Positions 1 through 10,820 are shown, numbered from the stretch's first letter. The stretch is 64,000 nt of DNA from Alphaproteobacteria bacterium (GCA_016735395.1 JAERRO010000001.1:2428-66427), one strand, 5' to 3'. The notes: a model not told the origin generated them from the sequence alone. Program-made: numbers and translations.

Positions 1-112
1 CTTTGAAAGATAGGGAGCTGTTTAAAAGTTAATTAAAATATGATGTTGATGTTTTCTTTGTTAGTTATATCTAGGTTTAGGAAGTCCCCAAGGTTTAGTG
101 GTGAGTAGGCAT

Positions 113-499
113 CTATGTTGATTTATTAAGGATATTATTTAGGTCTTCGAATTGTTCATAACTATCATCACAGATATATGTAGTATTTGTATTGATTTTC
201 CATATATCCGAATTTTTGACAACTATGCCTACGATATAATTAGAATCTAATTTATTATCTTTCAAATATTTATGTAGTGCTTCAACTTTAGGTTTAGTAT
301 TAGAATCTTTAGCCGTAATCCCACCTTTAGTATCTACTATTAATATCTTCCCATTTTTAAGGCGAATAAACCAGTCTGGATAGAATAGATATCGGTTGTT
401 GTCATAAGGAACAGAAAAGTAGTCTTTTCCACAGTCTCCGTTTTTATACCACCAATCTATATTATTATTTATATAACTACATTGTATAGACAAAATCAA
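113..499 (-). pseudogene. C-terminal remnant of a type III-like restriction endonuclease (PD-(D/E)xK domain)
   Basis: WWYKNGD..YFSVPY..FYPDWFIRL..IVDTKGG resembles the Res-subunit nuclease tail; no helicase part upstream; TTG start without an obvious RBS. Confidence 0.6.
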
Positions 500-649
500 G
501 ATAATTTTTATCTTTACTTTAGTTTAACATATTTATATAGTATTTATATTTAACAGTTTGTGAACATAAAAGGTGTTATAATGAATGATTATGAAAGAAG
601 AATTGAGACTATGAAAATAATAACTAAACATTTAAATAAAGGTTAAATT

Positions 650-1372
650 ATGGCAAGATATATTTATATTTTAACAAACCCAGCTTTTCCTGAATGGAAT
701 AAATTTGGAGAATCAAACAATGCTAAAGAAAGAGCAAAACAACTATCAAAGTCAACCGGACTTCCATTTTCATTTAAAGTTTATGCAACTCTTGATTTAG
801 GTGAAAATAATAATATTAATGGTTTTGATAAAAAAATTCACAAGATGATAGAAGCCATTGATGGCGAGCTACGGTCTGTAGAAAAAAAAGATGATGGAAC
901 AATCCGCCACCGTGAATTTTTTAATATAGGAAAAGATAACCTGTTCAATATTCTTGATAGTTTAAAGTCTCTTTTAGGATTGCCAGAAGAATCTTTAGTA
1001 AAAATTCAAACTGACGAGGATAGATTAGAAGAAAAAATAGCAACAGATGCTCGTAATAAATATAGAGATAGAACAGTTTTTGCTAAATTAGGATTAAAAA
1101 TTGGCGATGTACTATCATATATCAAACGACCAGAAATTAAAGTTATAGTCCAAGATCTGGAAAATAAAGTAAAATATGACGGTGATCTTTACGGGAAGGG
1201 GGACGACTATACTTTAACGAATCTAGTCAAAAAGATCGAGGGTAGCACGGGTGGTGTAAATGGATTTGCTTCATTTGGGGTTAATGATTCTGTCACTGGA
1301 AACTTGAAAAGTTTATATGAATTACGTTTGGAAATGGAAGAAGAAGGAACCTACGGTAATTTTGAAAGTTGA
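650..1372 (+). CDS. GIY-YIG (T5orf172-like) nuclease family protein
   Basis: N-terminal YIYILTNPAFPEWNKFGES..ER..QLS..TGLPF and REFF motifs; AAAGG RBS. Confidence 0.8.
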   Translation: MARYIYILTNPAFPEWNKFGESNNAKERAKQLSKSTGLPFSFKVYATLDLGENNNINGFDKKIHKMIEAIDGELRSVEKKDDGTIRHREFFNIGKDNLFNILDSLKSLLGLPEESLVKIQTDEDRLEEKIATDARNKYRDRTVFAKLGLKIGDVLSYIKRPEIKVIVQDLENKVKYDGDLYGKGDDYTLTNLVKKIEGSTGGVNGFASFGVNDSVTGNLKSLYELRLEMEEEGTYGNFES

Positions 1373-1435
1373 AAGTTTGCTTTTTATAAGTAGTTCAGCT
1401 AAATGTTTCTACTATTATCGGTTCGTTTTTCAATA

Positions 1436-3064
1436 CTAGCTATTGTCTTTCTCTTCAATATGTAGTTTATATCTTTCTTCAATAATAGATGTATATTTTT
1501 TAATAATTTTATCAATTTCATCACAGCAACCATATTCGTCTAGAAATTCTTCTATCTCTGCGATCTTTTCTTCTATCTCACGGCCACATCTTTGTAGATT
1601 ATTTTTAAGATTGTTTATCTCCAAGTTAGAAATACTGAAATTTTTTATCTTGTCGACACTCTTTTGTGCTTTTAAAAATTTATCTTTTTTTAGTGTCTTT
1701 AAAATATCTATTAATTTAGAAGACTTCTTATTTTTGTCCGTGTAATTGAAAGCTTCTAAATTTATCAAAAAGGCTTCTAAATTATTTCTAAAATCTATAG
1801 TTTCATTCTTGAAATTATCATCTCGATCATTTATAATAGAATTATTTGATATCCTTATAATGCCATCGCCCAGAGATATTATATTACTACAATCTAGTAG
1901 AACTTTATAACTACTGGTGTGATAGGGATTATCTATGTCTTTGTAAAAAGGATTATAATGATGTAATAATCCTAAATGAACATTTCCTTTTTCTTTATAT
2001 TTCTTCTTGCATAATAATGAAGATAAGTAATTACATCTTACTTTTCCTATTTTATTACTTTTACAAATAATAATTGCATTTCCTATTACCTCTTTAAATT
2101 CTCGACTCGTTAGTTTAGATTTTTTACCATATTCAGCTAGCCACTTTTTTAATTGAAATAGGCTATTATAGCTTTCCCCTTCTAACTTTATATTGCTACA
2201 ATCTCTAAATACTTCTTCTAAAAGTACATCATTACATAGATATTCATATTTAGGAGGTGGTATCTTAAAATCACCTTCATTACTAATAAATTTTTGTAAA
2301 TATGTTTCTTCATTATTTTTATTCGAATTTAAATTATAAAAGCCATTAATGTATTCATTAAGTTTATCTCTATGTACAGGAAATATAACAATAATTCCTT
2401 CAATATCAAAAAAATGTTTAACTGTTTCTAGTGTTTTTACTGCATAATCTGGTCTACATCTATCTAGTTCGTCTACAATTAAGACAAGTTTACTGTTTTT
2501 TAACTTTGTAATAATGTCTTTTAAAGACTTCTGCATATTTAAAATAGGATCATCGCTTTCTTTAGATGTTTTACTCCAATTATTGACTAGAGCTTTCCCA
2601 GAAATTCTTATTTTAGTAACTGTTGGGATTGCAACTTCCATATTTATAGATGAAATAACATTACCTAGCCCCTTAAATACAGCCTTTTTTAATTTGCTTA
2701 AATTTATATCGTCCTCGCATACAAGATTATCTTTTTCTATAAATTGTGTTATCGCCTTTGAAAAAGATAAAAAAGGATCTGGCATATAATCACTTTCCCA
2801 AGCACTAAAATAAATATTATTAATTTCTTCTTTTTTTAAATATTCTGAAAATCTTGTAGAAAAAAAAGTTTTTCCAGTTCCATATCCACCTTCTATACTG
2901 AAAACATATGGTGTCTTCCTCTTAATAATTTCTTGCATTACACCTACCGCGAAAATTTCAATTCCAGGAAATGCATCCGCCCAAATATTCTCTAGGCAAG
3001 TACTTTTATCTTTTGCACTTAAAGTTGCAATATATTTGATAAAATTTGTTTTATCTATATTCAT
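1436..3064 (-). CDS. KAP family P-loop NTPase
   Basis: Walker A GGYGTGKT, FSAWESD, Walker B LIVDELDRCRP..LETVKHFF, YLQKFI. Confidence 0.85.
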   Translation of the reverse strand: MNIDKTNFIKYIATLSAKDKSTCLENIWADAFPGIEIFAVGVMQEIIKRKTPYVFSIEGGYGTGKTFFSTRFSEYLKKEEINNIYFSAWESDYMPDPFLSFSKAITQFIEKDNLVCEDDINLSKLKKAVFKGLGNVISSINMEVAIPTVTKIRISGKALVNNWSKTSKESDDPILNMQKSLKDIITKLKNSKLVLIVDELDRCRPDYAVKTLETVKHFFDIEGIIVIFPVHRDKLNEYINGFYNLNSNKNNEETYLQKFISNEGDFKIPPPKYEYLCNDVLLEEVFRDCSNIKLEGESYNSLFQLKKWLAEYGKKSKLTSREFKEVIGNAIIICKSNKIGKVRCNYLSSLLCKKKYKEKGNVHLGLLHHYNPFYKDIDNPYHTSSYKVLLDCSNIISLGDGIIRISNNSIINDRDDNFKNETIDFRNNLEAFLINLEAFNYTDKNKKSSKLIDILKTLKKDKFLKAQKSVDKIKNFSISNLEINNLKNNLQRCGREIEEKIAEIEEFLDEYGCCDEIDKIIKKYTSIIEERYKLHIEEKDNS

Positions 3065-3132
3065 AGGTGACCTTTATATAATTTATAACCTACAATAGAA
3101 ATAAACAAGTTCTTTAGGGGGAGGGGTATGAT

Positions 3133-3208
3133 TGGTGCGAGTGACGGGATTCGAACCCACAACTTCCACCTTGGCAAGGTGGCGCTCTAGCCATTGAGCT
3201 ACACTCGC
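3133..3208 (-). tRNA. tRNA-Gly (GCC)
   Basis: Acceptor stem GCGAGTG/CACTCGC, anticodon loop TTGCCAA, TTCGAAT T-loop, encoded CCA. Confidence 0.95.
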
Positions 3209-3212
3209 TAAT

Positions 3213-3287
3213 TGGTGGGCGCAGTAGGATTTGAACCTACGACCAAATGCTTAAAAGGCACTTGCTCTACCACTGAGCTATGCGCCC
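3213..3287 (-). tRNA. tRNA-Lys (TTT)
   Basis: Acceptor stem GGGCGCA/TGCGCCC, anticodon loop CTTTTAA, TTCAAAT T-loop, encoded CCA; 4 nt upstream of tRNA-Gly. Confidence 0.95.
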
Positions 3288-3361
3288 ACTAAATAATATA
3301 ATACATAAATTTATTATAAAATCAACTATATATGTAAATTTATTCTTATTTTATTATTGCT

Positions 3362-3889
3362 TTATGATTTGTAATTTTTTACAGACTTTAAGATAATTTC
3401 TTTAGCTTTTTCTATTCCTTCCCAGCCTGATAGTTTTACCCATTTGTTCGGTTCTAGATCTTTATAATGCTCGAAGAAGTGTGTGAGTTTTTTTCTAAAT
3501 GCCAAAGGAATATCTTCATAGCTTTGTATGTCGTCATAGAATTTTTCTACTTTGCTATGCGGGACACATAGAATTTTTTCGTCCATACCAGCTTCGTCTT
3601 CCATAATAATTACTCCTACAGGTCTAACTCGTATCATAGATCCAGCCATTAAAGTAGTATCGTTAATTACTAGAACATCTAGCGGGTCTCCGTCGTCGGC
3701 TAGAGTGTATGGAATGTATCCATAGTCTGCAGGGTATGTCATAGGAGTGCTTAAAATTCTATCTACGATTAGAACTCCGCTATCTTTATCTATTTCGTAT
3801 TTTACTCCTCCGTTTTTAGGTATCTCTATCACCGCATTAAAATCGGTCGGAATATCTTTGTGCTTCGGTAATTTTTCTAGTATTGTCAT
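3362..3889 (-). CDS. ppa: Inorganic pyrophosphatase (family I)
   Basis: KYEIDK, YPADYG, DGDPLDVL, DEAGMDEKI, FFEHYKDLE. Confidence 0.96.
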   Translation of the reverse strand: MTILEKLPKHKDIPTDFNAVIEIPKNGGVKYEIDKDSGVLIVDRILSTPMTYPADYGYIPYTLADDGDPLDVLVINDTTLMAGSMIRVRPVGVIIMEDEAGMDEKILCVPHSKVEKFYDDIQSYEDIPLAFRKKLTHFFEHYKDLEPNKWVKLSGWEGIEKAKEIILKSVKNYKS

Positions 3890-4010
3890 TTATAATCCTT
3901 TCGTATTTACTGTTATTTATATATCTATAGAATATATTTTATTATTTTTCAACTCTAGACTTTCTCGTTAAAAGTGTTATACTATAGGTAGAATTCTACA
4001 GGAGGACTAT

Positions 4011-4601
4011 ATGAAGTTCAAATTATTATTTTACGGAGATTTGAAGACTAATCCTAAACATAGAAACATATATATACATTCATTGCGAACATTTATTCAC
4101 TATCAGCTAGTAGAGTTGATGAAGCAGTCGCCGTGGAGTAGACTAGTCGATCACCAGGGGGCAAATCCCAAAAAGAGCCCTAGTATTTCCAAAACGGTGC
4201 ATGGGATAGAATTTCATTCTTTAATTACAAAGGGTATGAAATTTCTAGCAGAATTAGATATAAATTTACTGCATCCTTCTATAGCAGGGACGAAACACGC
4301 AGATCTAGACAATCGGTTGAAGTCTTTACTAGATGCCCTGAAAGCTCCAACCCTAGACAACGAAGTTCCGGCAGATGCCTTTAAAGATAAAAATAAAATG
4401 TATACTTTGTTAGAAGATGATAGTTTAGTTTCTAGAATAAACATTAACACTAGCCATCTGCTAACCCACGATATTTTTGATCAAAATCCAGCCGTGGTTT
4501 TTGGACACGATAATAACATAAACAATAATATATTTATGATTATAGATGTTAAACTGCGAATAAGAGAAGGTACAGTAGAAAATTTACCTTTTATGGTCTA
4601 A
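4011..4601 (+). CDS. RusA-like nuclease / hypothetical protein
   Basis: DLDNRLKSLLDAL...LLEDD matches the RusA acidic/lysine catalytic pattern; strong AGGAGG RBS. Confidence 0.55.
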   Translation: MKFKLLFYGDLKTNPKHRNIYIHSLRTFIHYQLVELMKQSPWSRLVDHQGANPKKSPSISKTVHGIEFHSLITKGMKFLAELDINLLHPSIAGTKHADLDNRLKSLLDALKAPTLDNEVPADAFKDKNKMYTLLEDDSLVSRININTSHLLTHDIFDQNPAVVFGHDNNINNNIFMIIDVKLRIREGTVENLPFMV

Positions 4602-4610
4602 GACTATCTA

Positions 4611-7600
4611 TCAAGGTAAACATTGACTCCATTGAGCCGTAGGGTTTAATCTAACTCTAAACTCGTTAGCAGGGCAATTATAGTCAGATTTATTTTCCCA
4701 ACCATTCTCTCCCGTAATAATACTACTAGAGAAAGTATAACTAGAACAAACATCCGTCTGTTTATTAAACTCACTATTCGCAAGATTCGTTTCGCTACAA
4801 TCTATAGCAGATCTGATATCCTTTTCTTCTTCGGTAAGGTCATTTATATCAACGGTACACAGGCTATAAGGAGTCGTAACTTTTATATAACTACACATAT
4901 TATAGGAGGAAGTCGTTACAGAACTTTCAGCAATAGCATTTACTACTGAAAATGATTTAGAACTTTCTTGTCCTGCGAGTTTCATCTCTTCTAGTATCGT
5001 CTCTGCAGTGTTTAATAGATCTTGATAATGGACAGCATGGTCCCTCAAGAGTGTAGGGAAGAAAACGGAACCGTAATTGTTTTTTACAAAATAGGACTCA
5101 CTAGGAATAATAGTAGGCGATTGTCTCGTAAAACCAGCTTCAGTCGCACATAGATCCGCCGTATTAAGACAAGGATTGTCGGGATTATCTCTGATAAAGA
5201 CCAACCGTTCTATGAAGTCTTTAAAGGTATGTTGCGGATATTTCTCTGCAACCCATGCAGGTGCATCCCACAAGTAAAGTCCCTTATCACTGTTAGAAAG
5301 TGAACCAGCTAATGAACCGACTGTATCAGATGTAGGGTTAAGAGGCGACAATATCATAACGATGCGGTGATCGTCTATAGATAAAATGTCCTCACCCGTT
5401 ATATTACCAGCTTTATCTGTATTTTTTCTAGTAATGAACGGGAGATTTTCAAATGGGTTCGTCCTACTAGAGGACGGAGACTCCGCATCTTTAATATCTC
5501 CTCGTATCCAACCTAGAAGTTGTCCTGCCAATACTACCTTTGGAGCGGTGATCCCTATACCAGCTCTACGATTGATAAATGGAATGCCGACAAAGTGATT
5601 AGAGTTGATATCTTCTATAGGAGATTCAGGGTCTATACCAAAATTAATCTCATCGTAAGACTTAGCATCGCCGTTTTCGTCAGAGATAAAATTCAAATAA
5701 CATAGAGTCGTCCACCCACCTAGATTTCCCCACTGTCTGAAAGAACCGTTTGTACAGAACCCTTGATCAAAATCATTATAAGTGTATTGATTTGTAGAAT
5801 AGATAAAGTCGACTTGATCGTATCCTACGAAGTCGCTCTTATCTTGATCTAGAGTACTAGCATTATCCCAATTTAGGTAATATAGTTCTTGACCGTCTAC
5901 ATACTGGAAATTATCGGTGTCTACCTCCTCAAAAGATAGATCTTCTCCGCTACTACCTTTCGCATCGAATCTGTCTACTATATTCGTCATATAATACGAT
6001 AAAATTCTCAAGTTAAAAGTATCTTGCCCGGTATTAACCAATCTAGAAGGATACCTCCAGGCATAAACACATGGAGATGTATGCAGAGATGTAATAAACG
6101 GAGAGATATTTCTGACACCGCTTGTCGGATTCTCGTAGACCCGTATATATATAAAGGCTCTTCTTTCGGCTATTAAATTTGTGTCTTTAACAAGAGAATT
6201 CTTGCAGAATTGAAATTTACAAGCACCCCATTGTTGGACTACATTATTATTTACATCTAACATCTGTTCCCACTGTCTTCTCATACCTTCAGGACAACCT
6301 ACATTAGTAAATTTATCTGTAACCATCTTTCCGCCTACGATATGAGACCCGTGATATGTAGGTATATTATTGCAGGTACCTGTTGAAATGCTGATAGTAT
6401 TGTTATTTATATTTATAAAGTTCCCGTTATATTCTGTAATAGTAGAACTCGTATTTATATTGAAGAAGTCGTAATTATCGAATGTATAAGTCCTAAAATT
6501 TATATCGGCGATTTGACCGTTTACCATAATATCGTTACATATTTCTATATCGTTACAAAGTTCTAATTCGGCATCTGCATCTTCGTCAAAACTACAACCG
6601 TAGAAAGGCCAGTGATTATAATCTATAATGGCATCATCGACCCGTTTCATAATCTGTTTCTGCGGATGATTGGCAGTTTTATCACCTACGGATACAGGAA
6701 TAGGTTTTATACAATATTGTTCTAAATCTAGTTCGGCATTCTTTAAAATAGTTCCTGTAAATAACTTCCGTTCTCCTACTTCACAAACAGTATCATCGTC
6801 TCTGTCTTCGTCATCCCAGATGGTTAAGAGATCGTCGAGATTTTCTAAGATATAATTTCTGTTTATGTTATCATCTATAGGGATAAGATTTAGTTGTCCT
6901 ATAATCGACGATAAAGTAGTATTATGAGTTAATTTTGACTCTAGTTTATCCCTAAAATTTCCGGGAGAAACATTATTGAAGAAAGAAGTGGAGATACAAA
7001 AGTTATTATCGTCACGAATACACTCTATATTTTTGTCGTCGTACATAGGTAAAAGAGCTTGAGAAGTGTATTGCACCCTTTGATGCAGACACTCTAGATC
7101 TTTTGAACCTGTATCACTCTCGTCTACAATAGGTACATTCGTGTTTAAAGCTCCGTATAGATTTTCTCTACCGCTTTCGCTCCGTCGTATAAAAGGAAGT
7201 TTGGTGGTAGTCGTGTTAATAGTGTCTTGAGAATAATCTTGGTATATAGATAGCGGAGGATTTTCTATCAACCCTGAATCACTATTACATGTACTCCAGT
7301 TTCCTATGGCTGTTCTATTAGGTTGAGAGCTGATAATTAGAGTAGGCTTATCGATACCTGGCACCCATTTATAGACACAATTGTCTTCTTCTCTATAAAT
7401 TAAAGCATAATTAGAATTATCTACCATAGGAATATTTTTACAGTAGGGTTTAGCTTTACAAGAATGACTAGGAGAAATTCTTTCATATCCATTCGGACAA
7501 TCAGGTATTAGATAAGATGGCATAGTAATACAACTGTCGGCTCCGATGTGTACATGCCCATTGATTTCACATGTATCATTATGATTGCCTTCGATACTAC

Positions 7601-8894
7601 AAGTATCACTTAACCCAAGATGTGAATTTAGGACTTTCTTATTGCCACAATCTAGACAAATAAATCGCCCGGTTTTATATAGTCCTCCGATACGGATGTC
7701 TATATCGTTCATCTGATATTTTATTTCATCACTTAATAGTCCTATCTGTTCTATATCTCTGAAAGCAAAGAATGTCCCGAAACTACTATCTTTATTAGAA
7801 CTTAGCGGAGTGGATTCACAGTAGTTGCTACTAGCAGGATTACTAGAGATACAGTCTTCATTGTTAGAAGCCTTTTTAGGACTAGGAATACATAACCAAT
7901 GTGTACAGTCTTCCGACAATATAGGGGTCTCACAGGCAGTGCAAGGTGTCTCTTTTCCTATAATTTTTACAGGATTAACGATGGTAACTTTACCACTGTC
8001 ATCTACGACTCTCCGACTACACTGGTCATAAATCTCGTCGGCTTTATCTGTATCTTCAAAATAATAACAGGCACATTCTCCCGTAGTTTTGTCGAAGATG
8101 TAAATTTCGTTTGCTTCACAATTAGCTTCAAATATATTACATTGTCCCGTATTTTCTAAGTCGGCGGAGTCTTCGACATCTATAACACAGAAACCTGTAG
8201 TAGTATCAGGTTTTAGACCCACTGGACACAAATCAAGAGAGTTAACATCTCTACATACCAACCTATTCCCGTATAATGCCTTAATCTGTCCCGTAGGACA
8301 TTCTATATCGTTGGAACTTAACTTTTCAGAAAGTTTAAACTGTGAATTAGAAAAAGAGGTCATCATAACTAAAGAACCTACTTCTATCAATAGACTTTTG
8401 ACGATTTTATCATTGATGTAGACGGACTCTTTAGACATAGAATGATTAACAACTCTCATATCTTTAGAACTCTCAATATCCCATGCAATACCGATATTTG
8501 TGATATTTCTAAATTTATTATATAAAATATTTAATATCTTCCCCCTAGATATCGTATCGACAGGTTTAGATACAGAGATAATAATTTGTTCTACAGCATA
8601 ATCATCTTGAGAACACTCGAAAGTAAGTTTGCTATCTTTAACACAGAATTTATGAGATTCTATCTCGTATCTAATACCGCAGGTAGTTTTTGTAGGGAAT
8701 ATAAAAGAATTTCCGACTAAAGTAGTTTTATCTATATAGATGGCAGTAGAATGTTCTTCACTTAAACAAGTAATAAGAGCCTCTAGAGGTATCTCTTGAA
8801 CTAGTGTATCTTTAAACTCGTCTAAAGAAGGCGATTGACTATAGTAATAATTACTTAAAAAGATAAAACTCAAAAGTAGAAGTATAATATTCAT
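4611..8894 (-). CDS. Large cysteine-rich secreted/surface protein (1427 aa)
   Basis: Hydrophobic N-terminal signal-like segment; many spaced Cys clusters (CPTGQ, CPVG, CPNGY, CPEG, CPANE). Confidence 0.75.
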   Translation of the reverse strand: MNIILLLLSFIFLSNYYYSQSPSLDEFKDTLVQEIPLEALITCLSEEHSTAIYIDKTTLVGNSFIFPTKTTCGIRYEIESHKFCVKDSKLTFECSQDDYAVEQIIISVSKPVDTISRGKILNILYNKFRNITNIGIAWDIESSKDMRVVNHSMSKESVYINDKIVKSLLIEVGSLVMMTSFSNSQFKLSEKLSSNDIECPTGQIKALYGNRLVCRDVNSLDLCPVGLKPDTTTGFCVIDVEDSADLENTGQCNIFEANCEANEIYIFDKTTGECACYYFEDTDKADEIYDQCSRRVVDDSGKVTIVNPVKIIGKETPCTACETPILSEDCTHWLCIPSPKKASNNEDCISSNPASSNYCESTPLSSNKDSSFGTFFAFRDIEQIGLLSDEIKYQMNDIDIRIGGLYKTGRFICLDCGNKKVLNSHLGLSDTCSIEGNHNDTCEINGHVHIGADSCITMPSYLIPDCPNGYERISPSHSCKAKPYCKNIPMVDNSNYALIYREEDNCVYKWVPGIDKPTLIISSQPNRTAIGNWSTCNSDSGLIENPPLSIYQDYSQDTINTTTTKLPFIRRSESGRENLYGALNTNVPIVDESDTGSKDLECLHQRVQYTSQALLPMYDDKNIECIRDDNNFCISTSFFNNVSPGNFRDKLESKLTHNTTLSSIIGQLNLIPIDDNINRNYILENLDDLLTIWDDEDRDDDTVCEVGERKLFTGTILKNAELDLEQYCIKPIPVSVGDKTANHPQKQIMKRVDDAIIDYNHWPFYGCSFDEDADAELELCNDIEICNDIMVNGQIADINFRTYTFDNYDFFNINTSSTITEYNGNFININNNTISISTGTCNNIPTYHGSHIVGGKMVTDKFTNVGCPEGMRRQWEQMLDVNNNVVQQWGACKFQFCKNSLVKDTNLIAERRAFIYIRVYENPTSGVRNISPFITSLHTSPCVYAWRYPSRLVNTGQDTFNLRILSYYMTNIVDRFDAKGSSGEDLSFEEVDTDNFQYVDGQELYYLNWDNASTLDQDKSDFVGYDQVDFIYSTNQYTYNDFDQGFCTNGSFRQWGNLGGWTTLCYLNFISDENGDAKSYDEINFGIDPESPIEDINSNHFVGIPFINRRAGIGITAPKVVLAGQLLGWIRGDIKDAESPSSSRTNPFENLPFITRKNTDKAGNITGEDILSIDDHRIVMILSPLNPTSDTVGSLAGSLSNSDKGLYLWDAPAWVAEKYPQHTFKDFIERLVFIRDNPDNPCLNTADLCATEAGFTRQSPTIIPSESYFVKNNYGSVFFPTLLRDHAVHYQDLLNTAETILEEMKLAGQESSKSFSVVNAIAESSVTTSSYNMCSYIKVTTPYSLCTVDINDLTEEEKDIRSAIDCSETNLANSEFNKQTDVCSSYTFSSSIITGENGWENKSDYNCPANEFRVRLNPTAQWSQCLP

Positions 8895-8957
8895 AAACTC
8901 TCCGTAATTTATATATAGAAAGTATGTTAATATAAATCAAGAAATAGTTATAATTAA

Positions 8958-10820
8958 TTATCTATCTTCTGCGACTGCTGTAGCTATATCTAAAGGAATA
9001 GAACTACCCGTAACCTTTTTCATACTAGAATTATTGTCGTTGCCTACCCAAACGATAATATTGAAGTCATCGCCGAAACCTAAAAACCAGGCATCTCGGT
9101 ATCCTTGCGATGTACCAGTTTTTCCACCCCAAAAAGGCCCGTTTCTAGCTTTATAAGCAGTGCCATAAGGACTACTTATAACCCCTGCAAAAAGGGATCT
9201 CATATTTTCTAAAGTAGTCGTCGAAAAAACTTTATGACCGGATTCGTCCTTCTTTTGATAGATAACTTCTCTATCACCGTTCTCTATGAACCTAACACCA
9301 TAAAATTTACCAGTAGTCCCTTCATCATTGTTAAATATAGAGAAAGACTCCGATAAATCAAAAATAGTAGTCTCCGATGTTCCTAGAACTATACTTAAAT
9401 TATGTGTGTTGAGAGGTCCTAATTTTAACTTTCCAACTGTTTTATATATCTCTTGGATAGAAACGATGATACCTAGACGAATAGGTATAGTATTTATAGA
9501 CGACTCGAAAGCCCGTTGAAGAGTAATCTCGCCTTTATATTTATTGTTATAATTTTCAGGTTCCCATCCATCTATAGAGATAGGCTCATCTATCAATAGA
9601 CTATCAGGAGTCCAACCATACTCGAAAGCAGTCGCATAAACTACCGGTTTAAACAAAGACCCTGGTTGCCGTTTAGCAAGTATAGTACGATTAAACTGCG
9701 ACGATGCATAATCTACACCTCCGATCATAATTTGGATACCTCCATACTCATCAGTCATAAGTATCGCACTTTGAGTAGCCTCTTTGCCGTTAGCAATAGC
9801 ATTTTTAATAATCTCTCTGTTTTTTATAGTAGCCCTCTTCTGTAGCTCTTGATCTATAGTAGTATATACATAAAGATCTTGTCCTCTATACATTTGAGGA
9901 ACCAAAAATTCTAACTCGTCTTTTACCCAGTCCGTGAAATACCTTACGGAAGAGTCCTTTATAGGTTTTACATATTTTGTATTTTTTGCTGTGTTAAACT
10001 CTTCATTAGTTATAATATTACGATCTAGCATAATCTTTAATATTAGATCTCTCCTTTGCATCGCGATTTTTTCGTTAATAGAAGGGTTATATCTAGTAGG
10101 GGCTTTAAGCATAGATATGAGTATGGCACTATCAGATATAGAGATATCCGTTAGAGGCTTTTGAAATAGATCTTTACTAGCAGCATGAAACCCATATAGT
10201 CCTTTGACTAGCGAGACCCTAGATAGATAAAGATTTAAAATTTGTTCTTTAGAAAAAGTCCGCTCTATCCAAATAGTCAACATAAGTTCTTGAACTTTTC
10301 TAGTTATAGTCTGTTTGCGAGTGAGGAATAGGTTTTTTGCTAGTTGTTGAGAGATAGTACTCCCACCTTGAAATCTACCTTTACTCGTAAGGTTAAACAA
10401 AACAGCACGGATAATACCTCTAAAATATATCCCATTATGTTCGAAGAATTTTCTGTCCTCTATTGCTATCAACCCTTTCCAAAAATATTCAGGAGTATCC
10501 TTATATAAGACTCCGTCTCCGAATAAATAGTTTATAGCTAATAAAGGCTTATTATGTTTGTCAAAGAAGCTTATCTCTGCCGGTCTAGTCTGTTGCATCA
10601 TCAGATGAAATTTAGGCATAGAAAAAAATGCTATTAAAAGAAAAAATATTAAATATAAAGTCGACAATAATATACTATATAAAATAAAGTTTTTAACAAA
10701 AGTTTTTTTTCTGTTATCTACACCGAGAACTAGTTTCATAGAAAATCTATACTTTCCACCTGTAAACCACTTTGCAGTTTTATCTTTCTTGAGTTTTTGA
10801 AGTTCATTATCTAAATTCAT
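8958..10820 (-). CDS. Class A penicillin-binding protein (transglycosylase/transpeptidase)
   Basis: EDRKFFEHNG, QGGSTISQQLAKN, RKVQE; SxxK (GSLFK), SIN, KTGT. Confidence 0.93.
   Translation of the reverse strand: MNLDNELQKLKKDKTAKWFTGGKYRFSMKLVLGVDNRKKTFVKNFILYSILLSTLYLIFFLLIAFFSMPKFHLMMQQTRPAEISFFDKHNKPLLAINYLFGDGVLYKDTPEYFWKGLIAIEDRKFFEHNGIYFRGIIRAVLFNLTSKGRFQGGSTISQQLAKNLFLTRKQTITRKVQELMLTIWIERTFSKEQILNLYLSRVSLVKGLYGFHAASKDLFQKPLTDISISDSAILISMLKAPTRYNPSINEKIAMQRRDLILKIMLDRNIITNEEFNTAKNTKYVKPIKDSSVRYFTDWVKDELEFLVPQMYRGQDLYVYTTIDQELQKRATIKNREIIKNAIANGKEATQSAILMTDEYGGIQIMIGGVDYASSQFNRTILAKRQPGSLFKPVVYATAFEYGWTPDSLLIDEPISIDGWEPENYNNKYKGEITLQRAFESSINTIPIRLGIIVSIQEIYKTVGKLKLGPLNTHNLSIVLGTSETTIFDLSESFSIFNNDEGTTGKFYGVRFIENGDREVIYQKKDESGHKVFSTTTLENMRSLFAGVISSPYGTAYKARNGPFWGGKTGTSQGYRDAWFLGFGDDFNIIVWVGNDNNSSMKKVTGSSIPLDIATAVAEDR

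Noticed and set aside
1427..1439. 13-bp match TTTTCAATACTAG with 63376-63388
   Set aside because: Short AT-rich match 62 kb apart; expected by chance
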